This document shows positions 40,890-50,584 of a stretch of DNA of 64,000 nt, one piece after another. The translations under genes were made by a program, and so were the position numbers. Every line of letters starts with the position of its first letter. Positions within the stretch are counted from its first letter, which is position 1. The stretch is from Crocinitomicaceae bacterium (GTDB lineage Bacteria; Bacteroidota; Bacteroidia; Flavobacteriales_D; Crocinitomicaceae): NCBI GenBank assembly GCA_036825545.1, contig DAISYB010000020.1, positions 11 to 64,010 on the forward strand. The letters run 5' to 3'. The notes under the pieces are model-generated. The model made no database searches, was not told the DNA's origin, and was given only the letters and a program-made list of their open reading frames with translations.

Positions 40890-42182
40890 ATGAAAAACAA
40901 TTTGGATAAAGTATTTAAAGAAAGCTTGGAAGGTCATGAGTACGCTTATGATCCGAAGGCATGGGACGCATTGAGCAAAGCGCTCGATAAAAAAGTTCCA
41001 TCCGGAAATCAAGGCTCAACAATGAAATGGTACCTAGGTGGCGCTGCGATCATTGGCGCTGTCATCATTTCTGCCGTTTACCTTAACAATTCTACAAAAA
41101 CAGCAGCAAAATCTGGCGCTCAAAAGGAATTGAACATTGAAGCAAACAGCAACAAAGAAACCAATGAACTTGCTCAAGAAAATAAGGTCACAAAAACAGT
41201 AACTAACAACGCATCACCAAAGCAAGAAACGACAAATTTAAAGCCTGAATCTGCCAATCCATCTACACCTAAATCAACGGATCATTTGATTTTTAGAAAT
41301 GGATCAGGTGGTCATGGAGATGGTTCGGGCACATCATGGGGAACTGGTCAAGGAATTCCAAATCGCACACCTAACCCTACCATCCCTCAAGATAACGGTG
41401 ATATTGCACCTGCTGTCACTGTAGTCATTCCTGAATTTGGTTCTGCTTGTCAAGGTCAAACCTATTCTATTGACAACAGAAATGATGTGGCACTAACAAT
41501 GACTAGTCCATCCGGAAATGAAACTCTGTTGCGTTCCAAAACAAAAACAGCTGTCACCTTGGACGAAAATGGGGTATATAACATTGCTTACATCAAGAAT
41601 AATCAAGTTGTCAAGCAAAACAGCTTCCACGTCAATCCGGCACCATCTGTTGATCTCAGTTATGATCCAATCAACATATATGACAAAGGTTTGCCTTCGA
41701 TCCAAATGAAATCAAGTTCGATCGGAACCTCTTTCGAATGGACAATTCCAGGAACAAAGAATCCTGTTTACGGTAAAGAAGTAAACGCTCATTTCTTTAA
41801 CAAAGGGACATACAAAGTGAATTTAACTGTCACTTCATCAAACGGATGTAGTGCAACAGAAACGATGAATGTGAATATGCCGGAGGATTACAATTTGATG
41901 GCGGTCAATGCAATTAACCCAAATTCACACATTGAGAAGAACAGAACGTTCATGCCTCATGCACTGAAAGAAAGAAATACACCATTCACCTTGTTGATTA
42001 TCGATCCAGCTACCGGAGCAATTATTTTTGAAAGCAATGATGTAAACAATCCTTGGACAGGTATTGACAGAAGAAATGGTCAAGTAGTTGAAGTGAACAG
42101 ACCGTATGTATGGAAAGTGAGCTTGCAAAAACCAATGGACGGCGAAAAAGCGGAATACAAAGGAACTGTAATCCTACAATAA
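40890..42182 (+). CDS. Membrane-anchored putative anti-sigma-like protein with PKD-like and T9SS type-B-like C-terminal domains
   Basis: It starts 2 nt after the sigma gene. It has a ~45-aa cytoplasmic N-terminus, one transmembrane segment (WYLGGAAIIGAVIISAVYL), and a low-complexity linker. The PKD-like segment is FEWTIPG..YKVNLTVTSSNGC. The C-terminus NAINPNS..RTFMP..IIFES..WTGIDRRNGQVV..YVWKV..GTVILQ resembles the gliding-motility C-terminal domain. Confidence 0.5.
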   Translation: MKNNLDKVFKESLEGHEYAYDPKAWDALSKALDKKVPSGNQGSTMKWYLGGAAIIGAVIISAVYLNNSTKTAAKSGAQKELNIEANSNKETNELAQENKVTKTVTNNASPKQETTNLKPESANPSTPKSTDHLIFRNGSGGHGDGSGTSWGTGQGIPNRTPNPTIPQDNGDIAPAVTVVIPEFGSACQGQTYSIDNRNDVALTMTSPSGNETLLRSKTKTAVTLDENGVYNIAYIKNNQVVKQNSFHVNPAPSVDLSYDPINIYDKGLPSIQMKSSSIGTSFEWTIPGTKNPVYGKEVNAHFFNKGTYKVNLTVTSSNGCSATETMNVNMPEDYNLMAVNAINPNSHIEKNRTFMPHALKERNTPFTLLIIDPATGAIIFESNDVNNPWTGIDRRNGQVVEVNRPYVWKVSLQKPMDGEKAEYKGTVILQ

Positions 42183-42206
42183 GTTTATCCTAACCACTCA
42201 TAGATG

Positions 42207-42232
42207 AAAGACCGTTCGCGGTCTTTTGTTGT
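42207..42232 (+). terminator. Intrinsic terminator
   Basis: aaagaccg (42207-42214) pairs with cggtcttt (42219-42226) around a ttcg loop. A T-rich tail follows. Confidence 0.6.
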
Positions 42233-43189
42233 TTAATCCCATTTTTTCAGAAAGGGGAAATCGGCTAAAAGCTGTTGTTTCTTTTGTCCTAAATTCAACC
42301 TAAAATCCATTGAAGACTTACTTTCCGGATGCAATGACCGATGCTCCTCACTTAGCTTCAATTGCCTAACTAGCTTAGCCAATTCAAGAGTTTTCTGATC
42401 AAAGTAAGTCGATTCAATTTTCTCCCAAACAAACTGTACAGCTTCTAACGATGGATGCACAAGGTCTTGAGTGAAATATCGGTAATCTCTTAAAACATCC
42501 AACACTAGTTCGTAGGACGGGAAATACGAGCAATTGTTCAACTGCTCCAATTCTGCCACTAAGCGAATCAGTTCAGCTTTGCTCCTATTATTCTCAACTA
42601 GGCCTTCTTTACTGTGTCGAACAGGACTAACCGTAAACACCAGCTTTAAATCCGGAAACTGACGATTCAAAAGTTTCACCACTTCCTTCCATTCCACAAG
42701 CAAATCCTCTGCTTTACTCATTGCCCGCTCAAACTGACCAGACGAAAATTTATGGCAATTGGCAACAATCAGTTTTGATTCAATCAGTTCGTAACGCCAG
42801 GCAGTCCCAAAAGTGATAAAAAGCACTGATGCTGATGAAAGCAATTCGCGCCATTTTGATCGTTCTGAACTTAATTTTCGTTTGATCTCACCCTCGGACA
42901 TGGCATACATTCCGCTTCCCGCATCCCAGGACAACCATACATCCTCACGTAAAACAATTCGCTCGGCTAGGCAACCAGTGCACAATTCGTTTAGAAATCG
43001 TGCAATTACAGAAGGATGGAAAATTGTTCCAAATGGATTGGAATGTGTATCAAAACCGTTCAATTCGAAATGGCTACTGATTTCATCGGAGAAGCAACTT
43101 CCGATCAATGCCAATGGTTGATGATGATCAATTTTAAATTCTGATTGAGGAATTATGACATCCAGAGTTCGCATCGCATTAAACGGCAT
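42233..43189 (-). CDS. GSCFA-domain protein
   Basis: The motif LIGSCFSDEI and the overall length are typical of the GSCFA family. Confidence 0.75.
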   Translation of the reverse strand: MPFNAMRTLDVIIPQSEFKIDHHQPLALIGSCFSDEISSHFELNGFDTHSNPFGTIFHPSVIARFLNELCTGCLAERIVLREDVWLSWDAGSGMYAMSEGEIKRKLSSERSKWRELLSSASVLFITFGTAWRYELIESKLIVANCHKFSSGQFERAMSKAEDLLVEWKEVVKLLNRQFPDLKLVFTVSPVRHSKEGLVENNRSKAELIRLVAELEQLNNCSYFPSYELVLDVLRDYRYFTQDLVHPSLEAVQFVWEKIESTYFDQKTLELAKLVRQLKLSEEHRSLHPESKSSMDFRLNLGQKKQQLLADFPFLKKWD

Positions 43190-44834
43190 TGATCAAATCC
43201 TGTGCATTGGTAATCGCTGCATTGGTAATCACATCACCGGACATAAGGCGAGCGACTTCCAATACATGTTGCTCCTTATCGAGTTTACGCACATTGGACA
43301 AAGTTCGCTCATTGTTCACCTGTTTTTCGACTACAAAATGATGTTCAGCCGCTGCAGCCACTTGTGGTAAGTGTGTAATCGCAATCAATTGGGCACGCTT
43401 ACCCATTTTTCTCAACAATGATCCAATCTTTTGTGCTACATCTCCTGATACACCCGTGTCAATCTCATCGAACAGTACAGTTGGAATCGCCTTCTTCTCT
43501 GCGATCAAATGCTGAATCACAAGCATTACACGTGACAATTCACCACCACTTGCAGCTTTTTCAATCGCCACGGGAGCAACACCTTTGTTGGCTGAAAAGA
43601 TCATCTTTAACTCAGTAAAACCGTTTGGTCCGGGATTATCTTTTCGATCCACTTCAAATACGAGTTTGGTATCCGGCAATTTTAGATCTGTCAATTGTTC
43701 AATCACCAGCTTCTCGATCAAAGGTGCTTTTTCAAGTCGTTTTTGATGCAAGTCATTCGCAAGTTGTTCTACTTCTCGTTCTTTCTGTCGGACTTGTTGA
43801 TCCAAAGCAGTGATCTCTTCTTCAAGCTGACTGGAATTATGAACTTCTTCCTGAAGGTTGATACGTAAATCATTCAATTCTTTCTGGCTGGTCAATCTGT
43901 GTTTTCTAAGTGCCGAATTAAAACGATCCAATTGCTCCATTAAGTCAACTTTACGCACTGGATCAATATCTAATCCACTTGCAAATCGTTCACTATCGTT
44001 GCCAATCTCTTTTAGCTCAAGTAAGGTAGAGTTCAATCTTAGATAAAGATCGTCTAAATCTCCTGAAACACTTCTCACCTTTTCCAATTCCACTTTTGAT
44101 CTGTTTAACTGGCTCAACAAACTGCCATCACCATGGATCAATTCATAGACCTTACCTAAAACTTCAATAAGTCCTTCACTGTTTGAAGCTAACTCAAATT
44201 CCTTTTCTAAGGCAGCGAAATCATTTTTTTCCAATTGAAGTTCCTCCAGTTCTTGCAATTGAAAAGCCGTATAATCTTGTTGTTTGAGTAATTCAGCTAA
44301 ACGTTCTTGTTTTTCTGTTAGCTCAGCCTTGAGTTTTCTATAGTCTGAATAGGCTGAAATGTACGCATTTCGTTCAAGAATGAGCTCACCAAGGATATCC
44401 AAAATATCCAACTGAAACTGCCGATTTTTCAGCTCAAGCGTATTGTATTGAGAGTGAATATTTACTAATTTCTCGGTAAAATCTCTTAGAACATTCAATT
44501 GAACAGGCGTATCATTGATAAATGCGCGGGATCTTCCTGATGTGCTCACTTCGCGTCGAATCAGTGTCGGATGAGCCAAATCAAGATCGTTTTCCTGAAA
44601 AAACGCTTCCAGTTTATACGCTTGAATATCAACTGTAGCTTCCACAATTGATTTGTCGCTTTCAGGACCAATTACTGAAAAATCTGCCCGCTCACCTAAG
44701 AGAAGCCCTAGTGCATTCAATAAAATCGATTTTCCGGAACCCGTTTCTCCTGTGATCACAGTGAAACCTTTCTGCAATTCAAGATCGAGTGCATTGATCA
44801 ATGCAAAATTCCTTATTCGCAGGGAAGCGATCAT
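43179..44834 (-). CDS. recN: DNA repair protein RecN
   Basis: Walker A is ITGETGSGKS. A long coiled coil follows, and the C-terminal signature is ASGGELSRVML..LFDEIDTGVSG. Confidence 0.95.
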   Translation of the reverse strand: MIASLRIRNFALINALDLELQKGFTVITGETGSGKSILLNALGLLLGERADFSVIGPESDKSIVEATVDIQAYKLEAFFQENDLDLAHPTLIRREVSTSGRSRAFINDTPVQLNVLRDFTEKLVNIHSQYNTLELKNRQFQLDILDILGELILERNAYISAYSDYRKLKAELTEKQERLAELLKQQDYTAFQLQELEELQLEKNDFAALEKEFELASNSEGLIEVLGKVYELIHGDGSLLSQLNRSKVELEKVRSVSGDLDDLYLRLNSTLLELKEIGNDSERFASGLDIDPVRKVDLMEQLDRFNSALRKHRLTSQKELNDLRINLQEEVHNSSQLEEEITALDQQVRQKEREVEQLANDLHQKRLEKAPLIEKLVIEQLTDLKLPDTKLVFEVDRKDNPGPNGFTELKMIFSANKGVAPVAIEKAASGGELSRVMLVIQHLIAEKKAIPTVLFDEIDTGVSGDVAQKIGSLLRKMGKRAQLIAITHLPQVAAAAEHHFVVEKQVNNERTLSNVRKLDKEQHVLEVARLMSGDVITNAAITNAQDLINAV

Positions 44835-45739
44835 TAGTTTAAAATTTCCTGATAACGGGAAGCGTTTGCCGGATCGATGCGCTTCAAAAGATTTACAATA
44901 TCGTTCTTATCCTTCACCTCAGCGTCTGCATACAAGTTTTTCAACTCTTCTCGCTTAGCTTGGACAAAATTGAGCATATTCACTGAATTGGGACGAGTTG
45001 CAACAACTTTATTCAGTCGAGTCAATGCGTCATAAATTGCTTTACGTCCTTTTTCCTTATCATCGTAAAGTACATCAATTCCTTTTCTGTGATAATCGTA
45101 ATTACATTCTCTCAGGGGTTCAAATAATTGATGCAAAATGTTATCAACCAGATAAAAACGATTATTCTTTCCTTGTTCATTTGATTTCCAACCTTGAAAA
45201 GGAGAAACCTGAGCATTGGTCACAATCTGTTGCGCTTCATTGAAGTAAGGTGTTCCTCCTTTCATTGAAAAGCTATCGTAATCCATTCCAATTATGAAAT
45301 ACGCATAAAAAGCCAAAATTGAAGTTAGATTATCTCTAAATTGATTTGGCGCATAGATCAGAACTGCATTACGGGAATACGCAAATTGAATGTTATTATC
45401 CTGATAATTGAATAATGTAGTGTTGTAGGAACTATTGAATCCAGGTCGTGTAGATTGAACTTGTAAAAACCCTTCATAAACACCCGGACTCGGTATCTTA
45501 TTAATTTGAAGCTGCAGATTACAGTTAATTCGTTCTTCCACTTTGAACTTGTCTTTCGTCCATTGCGTGGTATTCATCATGTCATAAATCGTTTGCTGCA
45601 ACTGTTCGAAAATCTCCTTTTCAACAGAAGTTACTTCTAGTCGGGTATCTGTAATGATAGAAACCTGACAGTTCAATTCCTGCGCGCGCAAAATTGACGA
45701 TAACAATCCAAGAAAAACGAATAAAGTACTAAATCTCAT
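44834..45739 (-). CDS. DUF4835-family protein (T9SS-associated PorD-like)
   Basis: It has a signal peptide, is ~300 aa long, and occupies the conserved position between recN and coaBC seen in Flavobacteriia. The family assignment is from memory. Confidence 0.55.
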   Translation of the reverse strand: MRFSTLFVFLGLLSSILRAQELNCQVSIITDTRLEVTSVEKEIFEQLQQTIYDMMNTTQWTKDKFKVEERINCNLQLQINKIPSPGVYEGFLQVQSTRPGFNSSYNTTLFNYQDNNIQFAYSRNAVLIYAPNQFRDNLTSILAFYAYFIIGMDYDSFSMKGGTPYFNEAQQIVTNAQVSPFQGWKSNEQGKNNRFYLVDNILHQLFEPLRECNYDYHRKGIDVLYDDKEKGRKAIYDALTRLNKVVATRPNSVNMLNFVQAKREELKNLYADAEVKDKNDIVNLLKRIDPANASRYQEILN

Positions 45740-46929
45740 TATAATCTGGCGATCAAGTGTTCAACAATATCGGAAGCTGTTTCCGACTTTGACTTTAACT
45801 CAAAATTAGTGATTTTATTGTCACGATCTATTATGGAAATTCGATTCGTATCATGAGCAAATCCAGCGCCTTCGTGTTCTAATGAATTCAAAACGATCAT
45901 ATCAAGATTTTTGCGCTGCAATTTCTTTATAGCATTTGCTTCAGCATTATTGGTTTCAAGCGCAAATCCAACTAAAAACTGCTTATTCTTATTTTCACCA
46001 GCCCAAGCAAGAATATCCGGATTCTTAACCAGCTTCAATTCTAAGGTATCATTTGATTTTTTAATTTTTTGTTCAGCAACTTCAGCCGGACGATAATCAG
46101 CTACGGCTGCGGTAAAGATTCCAACTTCGGCCTTTGACCAGTGCATTTGAACGGCTCCCAACATTTCTTTTGCTGATTGAACATTTACAATGGTCAATTC
46201 GGGGTGAATCAAGTTCAATTTCGTTGGACCAGATACCAAAACAACCTCAGCACCTTCGTTCAACAATTTTTCAGCAATTGCGTATCCCATTTTACCGCTG
46301 GAATGGTTCCCAATAAAACGCACTGGATCAATCGCTTCGTAAGTTGGTCCAGCCGTTAACAATACTTTCTTTCCTTGCAAACGACCAAATTGTGAGAAAT
46401 GAGCTTGAATATGTCGCGCAATAATCTCCGGCTCTGCCATACGGCCTTCACCTTCCAAACCACTTGCTAAAGCACCGGACTCTGCAGGAATAATTTTAAC
46501 GCCATCCGCTTTTAGCTGATCCATATTTCGTTTCGTAGCAGGATGTGCGTACATATCCAAATCCATTGCCGGAGCTGCCACAACCGGACATTTCATGGAT
46601 AAATAGGAGGCCAAAAGGAGATTATCACAGGCACCTTGCGCCATTTTGCTCATCGTAGTGGCAGTAAGCGGAGCGATTACGAACAAATCAGCCCACAAGC
46701 CATATTCTACGTGGTTCGTCCACTCCCCTGTTTTCTTATTCCAGAATTCAATTCCAACAGGATTTTCAGAAAGTGTAGCGACAACGAGCGGGCTTATAAA
46801 ATCACAAGAGGCAGGAGTCATTAAACATCTGACTTCTGCCCCTTCTTTCTTTAATATTCGGATGAGGGTAGCAATTTTATAAGCTGCAATACCTCCTGTA
46901 ATTCCCAGAAGTACGCGTCTACCCTTCAT
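45739..46929 (-). CDS. coaBC: Bifunctional phosphopantothenoylcysteine decarboxylase / phosphopantothenate-cysteine ligase
   Basis: ITGGIAAYK, APAMD, TAGPT.EAIDPVRFIGNHSSGKMG, and AAVADYRP. Confidence 0.95.
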   Translation of the reverse strand: MKGRRVLLGITGGIAAYKIATLIRILKKEGAEVRCLMTPASCDFISPLVVATLSENPVGIEFWNKKTGEWTNHVEYGLWADLFVIAPLTATTMSKMAQGACDNLLLASYLSMKCPVVAAPAMDLDMYAHPATKRNMDQLKADGVKIIPAESGALASGLEGEGRMAEPEIIARHIQAHFSQFGRLQGKKVLLTAGPTYEAIDPVRFIGNHSSGKMGYAIAEKLLNEGAEVVLVSGPTKLNLIHPELTIVNVQSAKEMLGAVQMHWSKAEVGIFTAAVADYRPAEVAEQKIKKSNDTLELKLVKNPDILAWAGENKNKQFLVGFALETNNAEANAIKKLQRKNLDMIVLNSLEHEGAGFAHDTNRISIIDRDNKITNFELKSKSETASDIVEHLIARL

Positions 46930-46933
46930 AGCA

Positions 46934-47254
46934 TTATTTTTCTTCTTGCTTGCGCACGTAGATCTCGTCCGCTAACATTTCATCGATTGCCATTGCCACG
47001 GGCTTAGGCATTTTTTCGTAGAACTTAGAGATTTCGATTTGTTCACGGTTTTCGAAAATCTCTTCCAAATTATCAGTTGAAGAAGCAAATTCCTGCAATT
47101 TCGCATTCAATTCTTCTTTCATTTCCACACTGATCTGGTTGGCACGCTTACCCATAACTACGATTGACTCGTAGATATTACCTGTTTTATCTTCCAGGTT
47201 GATCACATCGCGTGTTACAGTCGATTTTTCTGCTGTACTGTTTTTGTAGCTCAT
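46934..47254 (-). CDS. rpoZ: DNA-directed RNA polymerase subunit omega
   Basis: NIYESIVVMGKRANQI, and the gene sits in the conserved coaBC-rpoZ-bamD neighbourhood. Confidence 0.8.
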   Translation of the reverse strand: MSYKNSTAEKSTVTRDVINLEDKTGNIYESIVVMGKRANQISVEMKEELNAKLQEFASSTDNLEEIFENREQIEISKFYEKMPKPVAMAIDEMLADEIYVRKQEEK

Positions 47255-47259
47255 ATATC

Positions 47260-48135
47260 TTATTTTACCAGGGAACTCAACTCTTTTTCCATGGCTGAAC
47301 GGTATTTATTCACTTCAGCCAAATAGGAAGATGTTGAAAATTCGATTGCAAAGGTATTACATCTTTCTATAGTTTGCTCAATTCTCTCCCTTTTTTTGTC
47401 TTCGACACTATTTAAAGAGAGCAAATAGGAATTTTTTGTCATTAAGTAAACAATTTCTTCTTTCTGTTGAGAACGCGGATAATCTTCAATAAAACTTTGC
47501 GCTGAAGCAACCGCGGCACGATAATCCTGCATTTTTGCATACAGTTTAACCGCTTCATAGTCCTTTTTCTCCATCTTTAGTCTCAAACGATCCATAATGT
47601 GGTTACATGAATCCACTAAACTTGATTCGGGATAACGATTAATGAATTGCTGCAGACTATTAATTGCCAATTCTGTTTCGTGCTGGTCTAATTTGTATTC
47701 CGGTGAGTTTTTAACTGAACACATGGCAGACAAAAACAAGGCTTCCTGTGCTTTCACACTCGAAGAAAAACGTTGCGTAAAAGATCCTAAGTAATAACCG
47801 GCCATGTAATAATCACCTGCATGATAATAAGCCTTACCAATTCTGAAATACGCCAATTCCCCCTCACCTGTTCTTGGCATTCTCTGGTAGATTTGCTCAT
47901 ACAATGTCACCGATTGAAGCAAGGTGTTTTGGTGAATTTTAACCTCACCTCTACCTGTTTTCTTTGGAGTACCATTGCTTTTTAATCGAGGAGACAAACC
48001 CTTTTCAAAATAGGTGTTGGCCATTTCCATTTTCTTTGTGTAATCATCCGATTTCACCACTTTGTTATAGTCTGAACAACTTACAACAAGCGGAAAAACA
48101 AGTAGAAACGAAAAATAGATCTTAGAAAATTTCAT
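47260..48135 (-). CDS. bamD: Outer membrane protein assembly factor BamD (TPR lipoprotein)
   Basis: The lipobox is VVSC. TPR-like repeats are present (YFRIGKAYYHAGDYYMA). The internal ATG at 48135 is preferred as the start. Confidence 0.75.
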   Translation of the reverse strand: MKFSKIYFSFLLVFPLVVSCSDYNKVVKSDDYTKKMEMANTYFEKGLSPRLKSNGTPKKTGRGEVKIHQNTLLQSVTLYEQIYQRMPRTGEGELAYFRIGKAYYHAGDYYMAGYYLGSFTQRFSSSVKAQEALFLSAMCSVKNSPEYKLDQHETELAINSLQQFINRYPESSLVDSCNHIMDRLRLKMEKKDYEAVKLYAKMQDYRAAVASAQSFIEDYPRSQQKEEIVYLMTKNSYLLSLNSVEDKKRERIEQTIERCNTFAIEFSTSSYLAEVNKYRSAMEKELSSLVK

Positions 48136-48210
48136 TGAAAGCAAAAGTAAAGGATTTTCGAAGACACCCAACACATTGAGCAGATTAATTCTTAAAGTTT
48201 CTTAACGAGA

Positions 48211-49233
48211 TTATTTTATGCGAAGACTTTTCCCTACTTGTAGTACCGTTGTAGGTTTTATCCCGTTCAACTGACAAATTTTTGAAACAGTCGTTCGATT
48301 TCTTGAGGCAATTGAAGATAAAGTATCACCGGATCTCACTTTGTAATACACGCGACTGCCAGAATCAACACGTGCAGTCATTTCATTCTCACCATGTTCT
48401 ATTTGATCGGATGGTTTAGCTCCAGGACGGAATAATCCTTTATGAACCATCAAATTCTCGTCCTTACAAACATGCTTATCGAAATCGATTACCTCCTCCG
48501 GATTCATCGGTGCATCATAAAAACGCACTTCAAAATGAAGATGTGCACCAAACGAACGCCCCGTATTTCCTCCTAGTCCAATTACTTCACCCGCTTTCAC
48601 ATCTTGATCCGGCACTACGAGCAGCTTACTTAAATGCGCATAAAAAGTCTCTAAGCCATTGTAGTGCCTGATGATAATTAAATTTCCAAATCCACCATCG
48701 TTCCACTTCGCATAACGGATCTTTCCATCCCATGCTGAACGAACTGTGTCACCTGTATTTAAATTGATGTCAATTCCATTGTGGTAGCGGCCACTTCTAA
48801 AGCCATAACGCGAAGTAACGATTCCCGGAACCGGGGGATGAAACCCGGGATGCTCATCATCCATCAAGCACACCCAAAGGGTATCTTTTAATTTTGACAA
48901 ATCATTTTGTCGACCGGAGGTGTAACACACATCATTGTCCCAGGTCTGCACAAAATTATATTCCGGATTTTCTGAGCACGCCGTGTGAATGTAGGAATTC
49001 ATAATTCCATCAAAATGTTTATCATCGAGAAACTCCCAAGTTCTATTGGAATAAATCACCATTGCACCACGCTCGGTAAATACCGTATCGATCACGGTTT
49101 GAGACCATACCGAATACACGCCTGACAAAAGGACAATTATGGAGAGAAATACGTTTGTCATTCCTTGCATCGATCCTGAATTCTTCTTTCGAAGTACTTC
49201 ATTTTCTTTTTTGATTGCCCAAATATAGTACAT
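48211..49233 (-). CDS. M23-family metallopeptidase with a C-terminal LysM domain
   Basis: HNGIDI, GNTGRSFGAHLHFEV, and the LysM block YKVRSGDTLSSIASRNRTTVSKICQLNGI. The start may be one of the internal Met codons. Confidence 0.85.
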   Translation of the reverse strand: MYYIWAIKKENEVLRKKNSGSMQGMTNVFLSIIVLLSGVYSVWSQTVIDTVFTERGAMVIYSNRTWEFLDDKHFDGIMNSYIHTACSENPEYNFVQTWDNDVCYTSGRQNDLSKLKDTLWVCLMDDEHPGFHPPVPGIVTSRYGFRSGRYHNGIDINLNTGDTVRSAWDGKIRYAKWNDGGFGNLIIIRHYNGLETFYAHLSKLLVVPDQDVKAGEVIGLGGNTGRSFGAHLHFEVRFYDAPMNPEEVIDFDKHVCKDENLMVHKGLFRPGAKPSDQIEHGENEMTARVDSGSRVYYKVRSGDTLSSIASRNRTTVSKICQLNGIKPTTVLQVGKSLRIK

Positions 49234-49238
49234 TGAGC

Positions 49239-50069
49239 TTATTTTTTCAACACATCCATTACGAAGATATTGTAAAATAGATCTTCGTTTGGTTTTACAA
49301 AATCCAGGTATCCTTTATCACCATAGGCCTCAGACGACGGAACAAGTACATACATTCGGTCAGAGGATTTAGCATTTATTAACGCTTTTCGCAGCCCCGG
49401 AACCAAGCCATAATCACCCAAGGTGTAGGTAAACGGTTGATTTGTTCTAAACGTGTTGGAGTACAAAGGATTTGATGGCGAGCTAACCATGGCATGAAAC
49501 ACAATTGATTTTCCTTCATCAAATTTAACCTTATTGTTCTTATTTTCTTCCAGAACCCATACTTTAACCCCATCAATAGTTCGATTAGGTTTTTGTTTAG
49601 AAACAATGCGAATGGAAACGAAATTATCTGCATTTGGTGGTATTAGGCCGGGTACACCTTTTTCTCCACGTGCCAAGTCAGCCGGAATGCGAATTCGCGC
49701 AAAATCACCAACCTTCATTTCCTTCAAAGCGAGATCCCAACCTTTCGTTTGCATCTCAAATCCAACCAAAAAAGGAAATGTTTCTTTTTTAATTAAGTGA
49801 TTACCATCAACGACATCTCCATCTTTCAAACGCACTTTGTAATCGATATTGAGGAGATCGCCACTTTTCACCTTTTCACCATCTCCTTTTTCATACCATT
49901 CGATCATAAGCCCATTATCCATCATTTTAGTGTCAAGTACCTCGTGCTCGCGATCCAAAGAATAGTCGACTTTTGCCTTAGGTTTTACCTCAATAGGCTT
50001 TTTTTCAACTCCTTCAGTACTGCATGAAGAAGTAAATAAAACAACTAATGTAAAATAGAACCACTTCAT
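49239..50069 (-). CDS. FKBP-type peptidyl-prolyl cis-trans isomerase (two FKBP-like domains), lipoprotein
   Basis: The lipobox is TSSC. FKBP blocks are present (GDLLNIDYKVRL.DG, GWDLALKEMKVGD, PGLIPPNA). Confidence 0.8.
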   Translation of the reverse strand: MKWFYFTLVVLFTSSCSTEGVEKKPIEVKPKAKVDYSLDREHEVLDTKMMDNGLMIEWYEKGDGEKVKSGDLLNIDYKVRLKDGDVVDGNHLIKKETFPFLVGFEMQTKGWDLALKEMKVGDFARIRIPADLARGEKGVPGLIPPNADNFVSIRIVSKQKPNRTIDGVKVWVLEENKNNKVKFDEGKSIVFHAMVSSPSNPLYSNTFRTNQPFTYTLGDYGLVPGLRKALINAKSSDRMYVLVPSSEAYGDKGYLDFVKPNEDLFYNIFVMDVLKK

Positions 50070-50584
50070 TACTTGATTTTTATGAGATGAACATCAACAA
50101 CTAATACGGCCAAAGGCGGAACTTTATCAAAATCACCAACTAATCCGTGTCCCAAATGACTTGGGATAATCAACTTCGCTTTATCGCCTACCCTCATTTT
50201 CTTGATTCCTTCGTGAATTCCAGATTCGAGTTGACTCTTGTCGATAACAAACTCCTCCACCTCATCCTCTGACGTTTTGTACACTTCCTTTCCGTCCAAC
50301 AATTTTACATTCAACTCGACTTGAGCAATTTGTCCAACGCGCGCAGAATCTCCTTCACCTTGTTTATAGATGAAGTATTTCAATCCTGTTCCTGATTCCT
50401 GCATTTTCCAGTCCTTATGATGTGCTAGAAACAATTTGATCTGAATCTCTTCTTCTTGTGCTAAATTTTTATTCAAATCGGTTGATTTTTCCTTGTTCCA
50501 ATCCATATCGATCTGCTGTTCCACTTCTGTTGAAGTACAAGCCGCTATAATTAGGGTGAAAACGTAAAAAACCAGGATTCTCAT
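50069..50584 (-). CDS. FKBP-type peptidyl-prolyl cis-trans isomerase
   Basis: GQIAQVELNVKLLDG, GIHEGIKKMRVGDKAKLIIPSHLGHG, and PPLAVLVVDVHL. Confidence 0.8.
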   Translation of the reverse strand: MRILVFYVFTLIIAACTSTEVEQQIDMDWNKEKSTDLNKNLAQEEEIQIKLFLAHHKDWKMQESGTGLKYFIYKQGEGDSARVGQIAQVELNVKLLDGKEVYKTSEDEVEEFVIDKSQLESGIHEGIKKMRVGDKAKLIIPSHLGHGLVGDFDKVPPLAVLVVDVHLIKIK

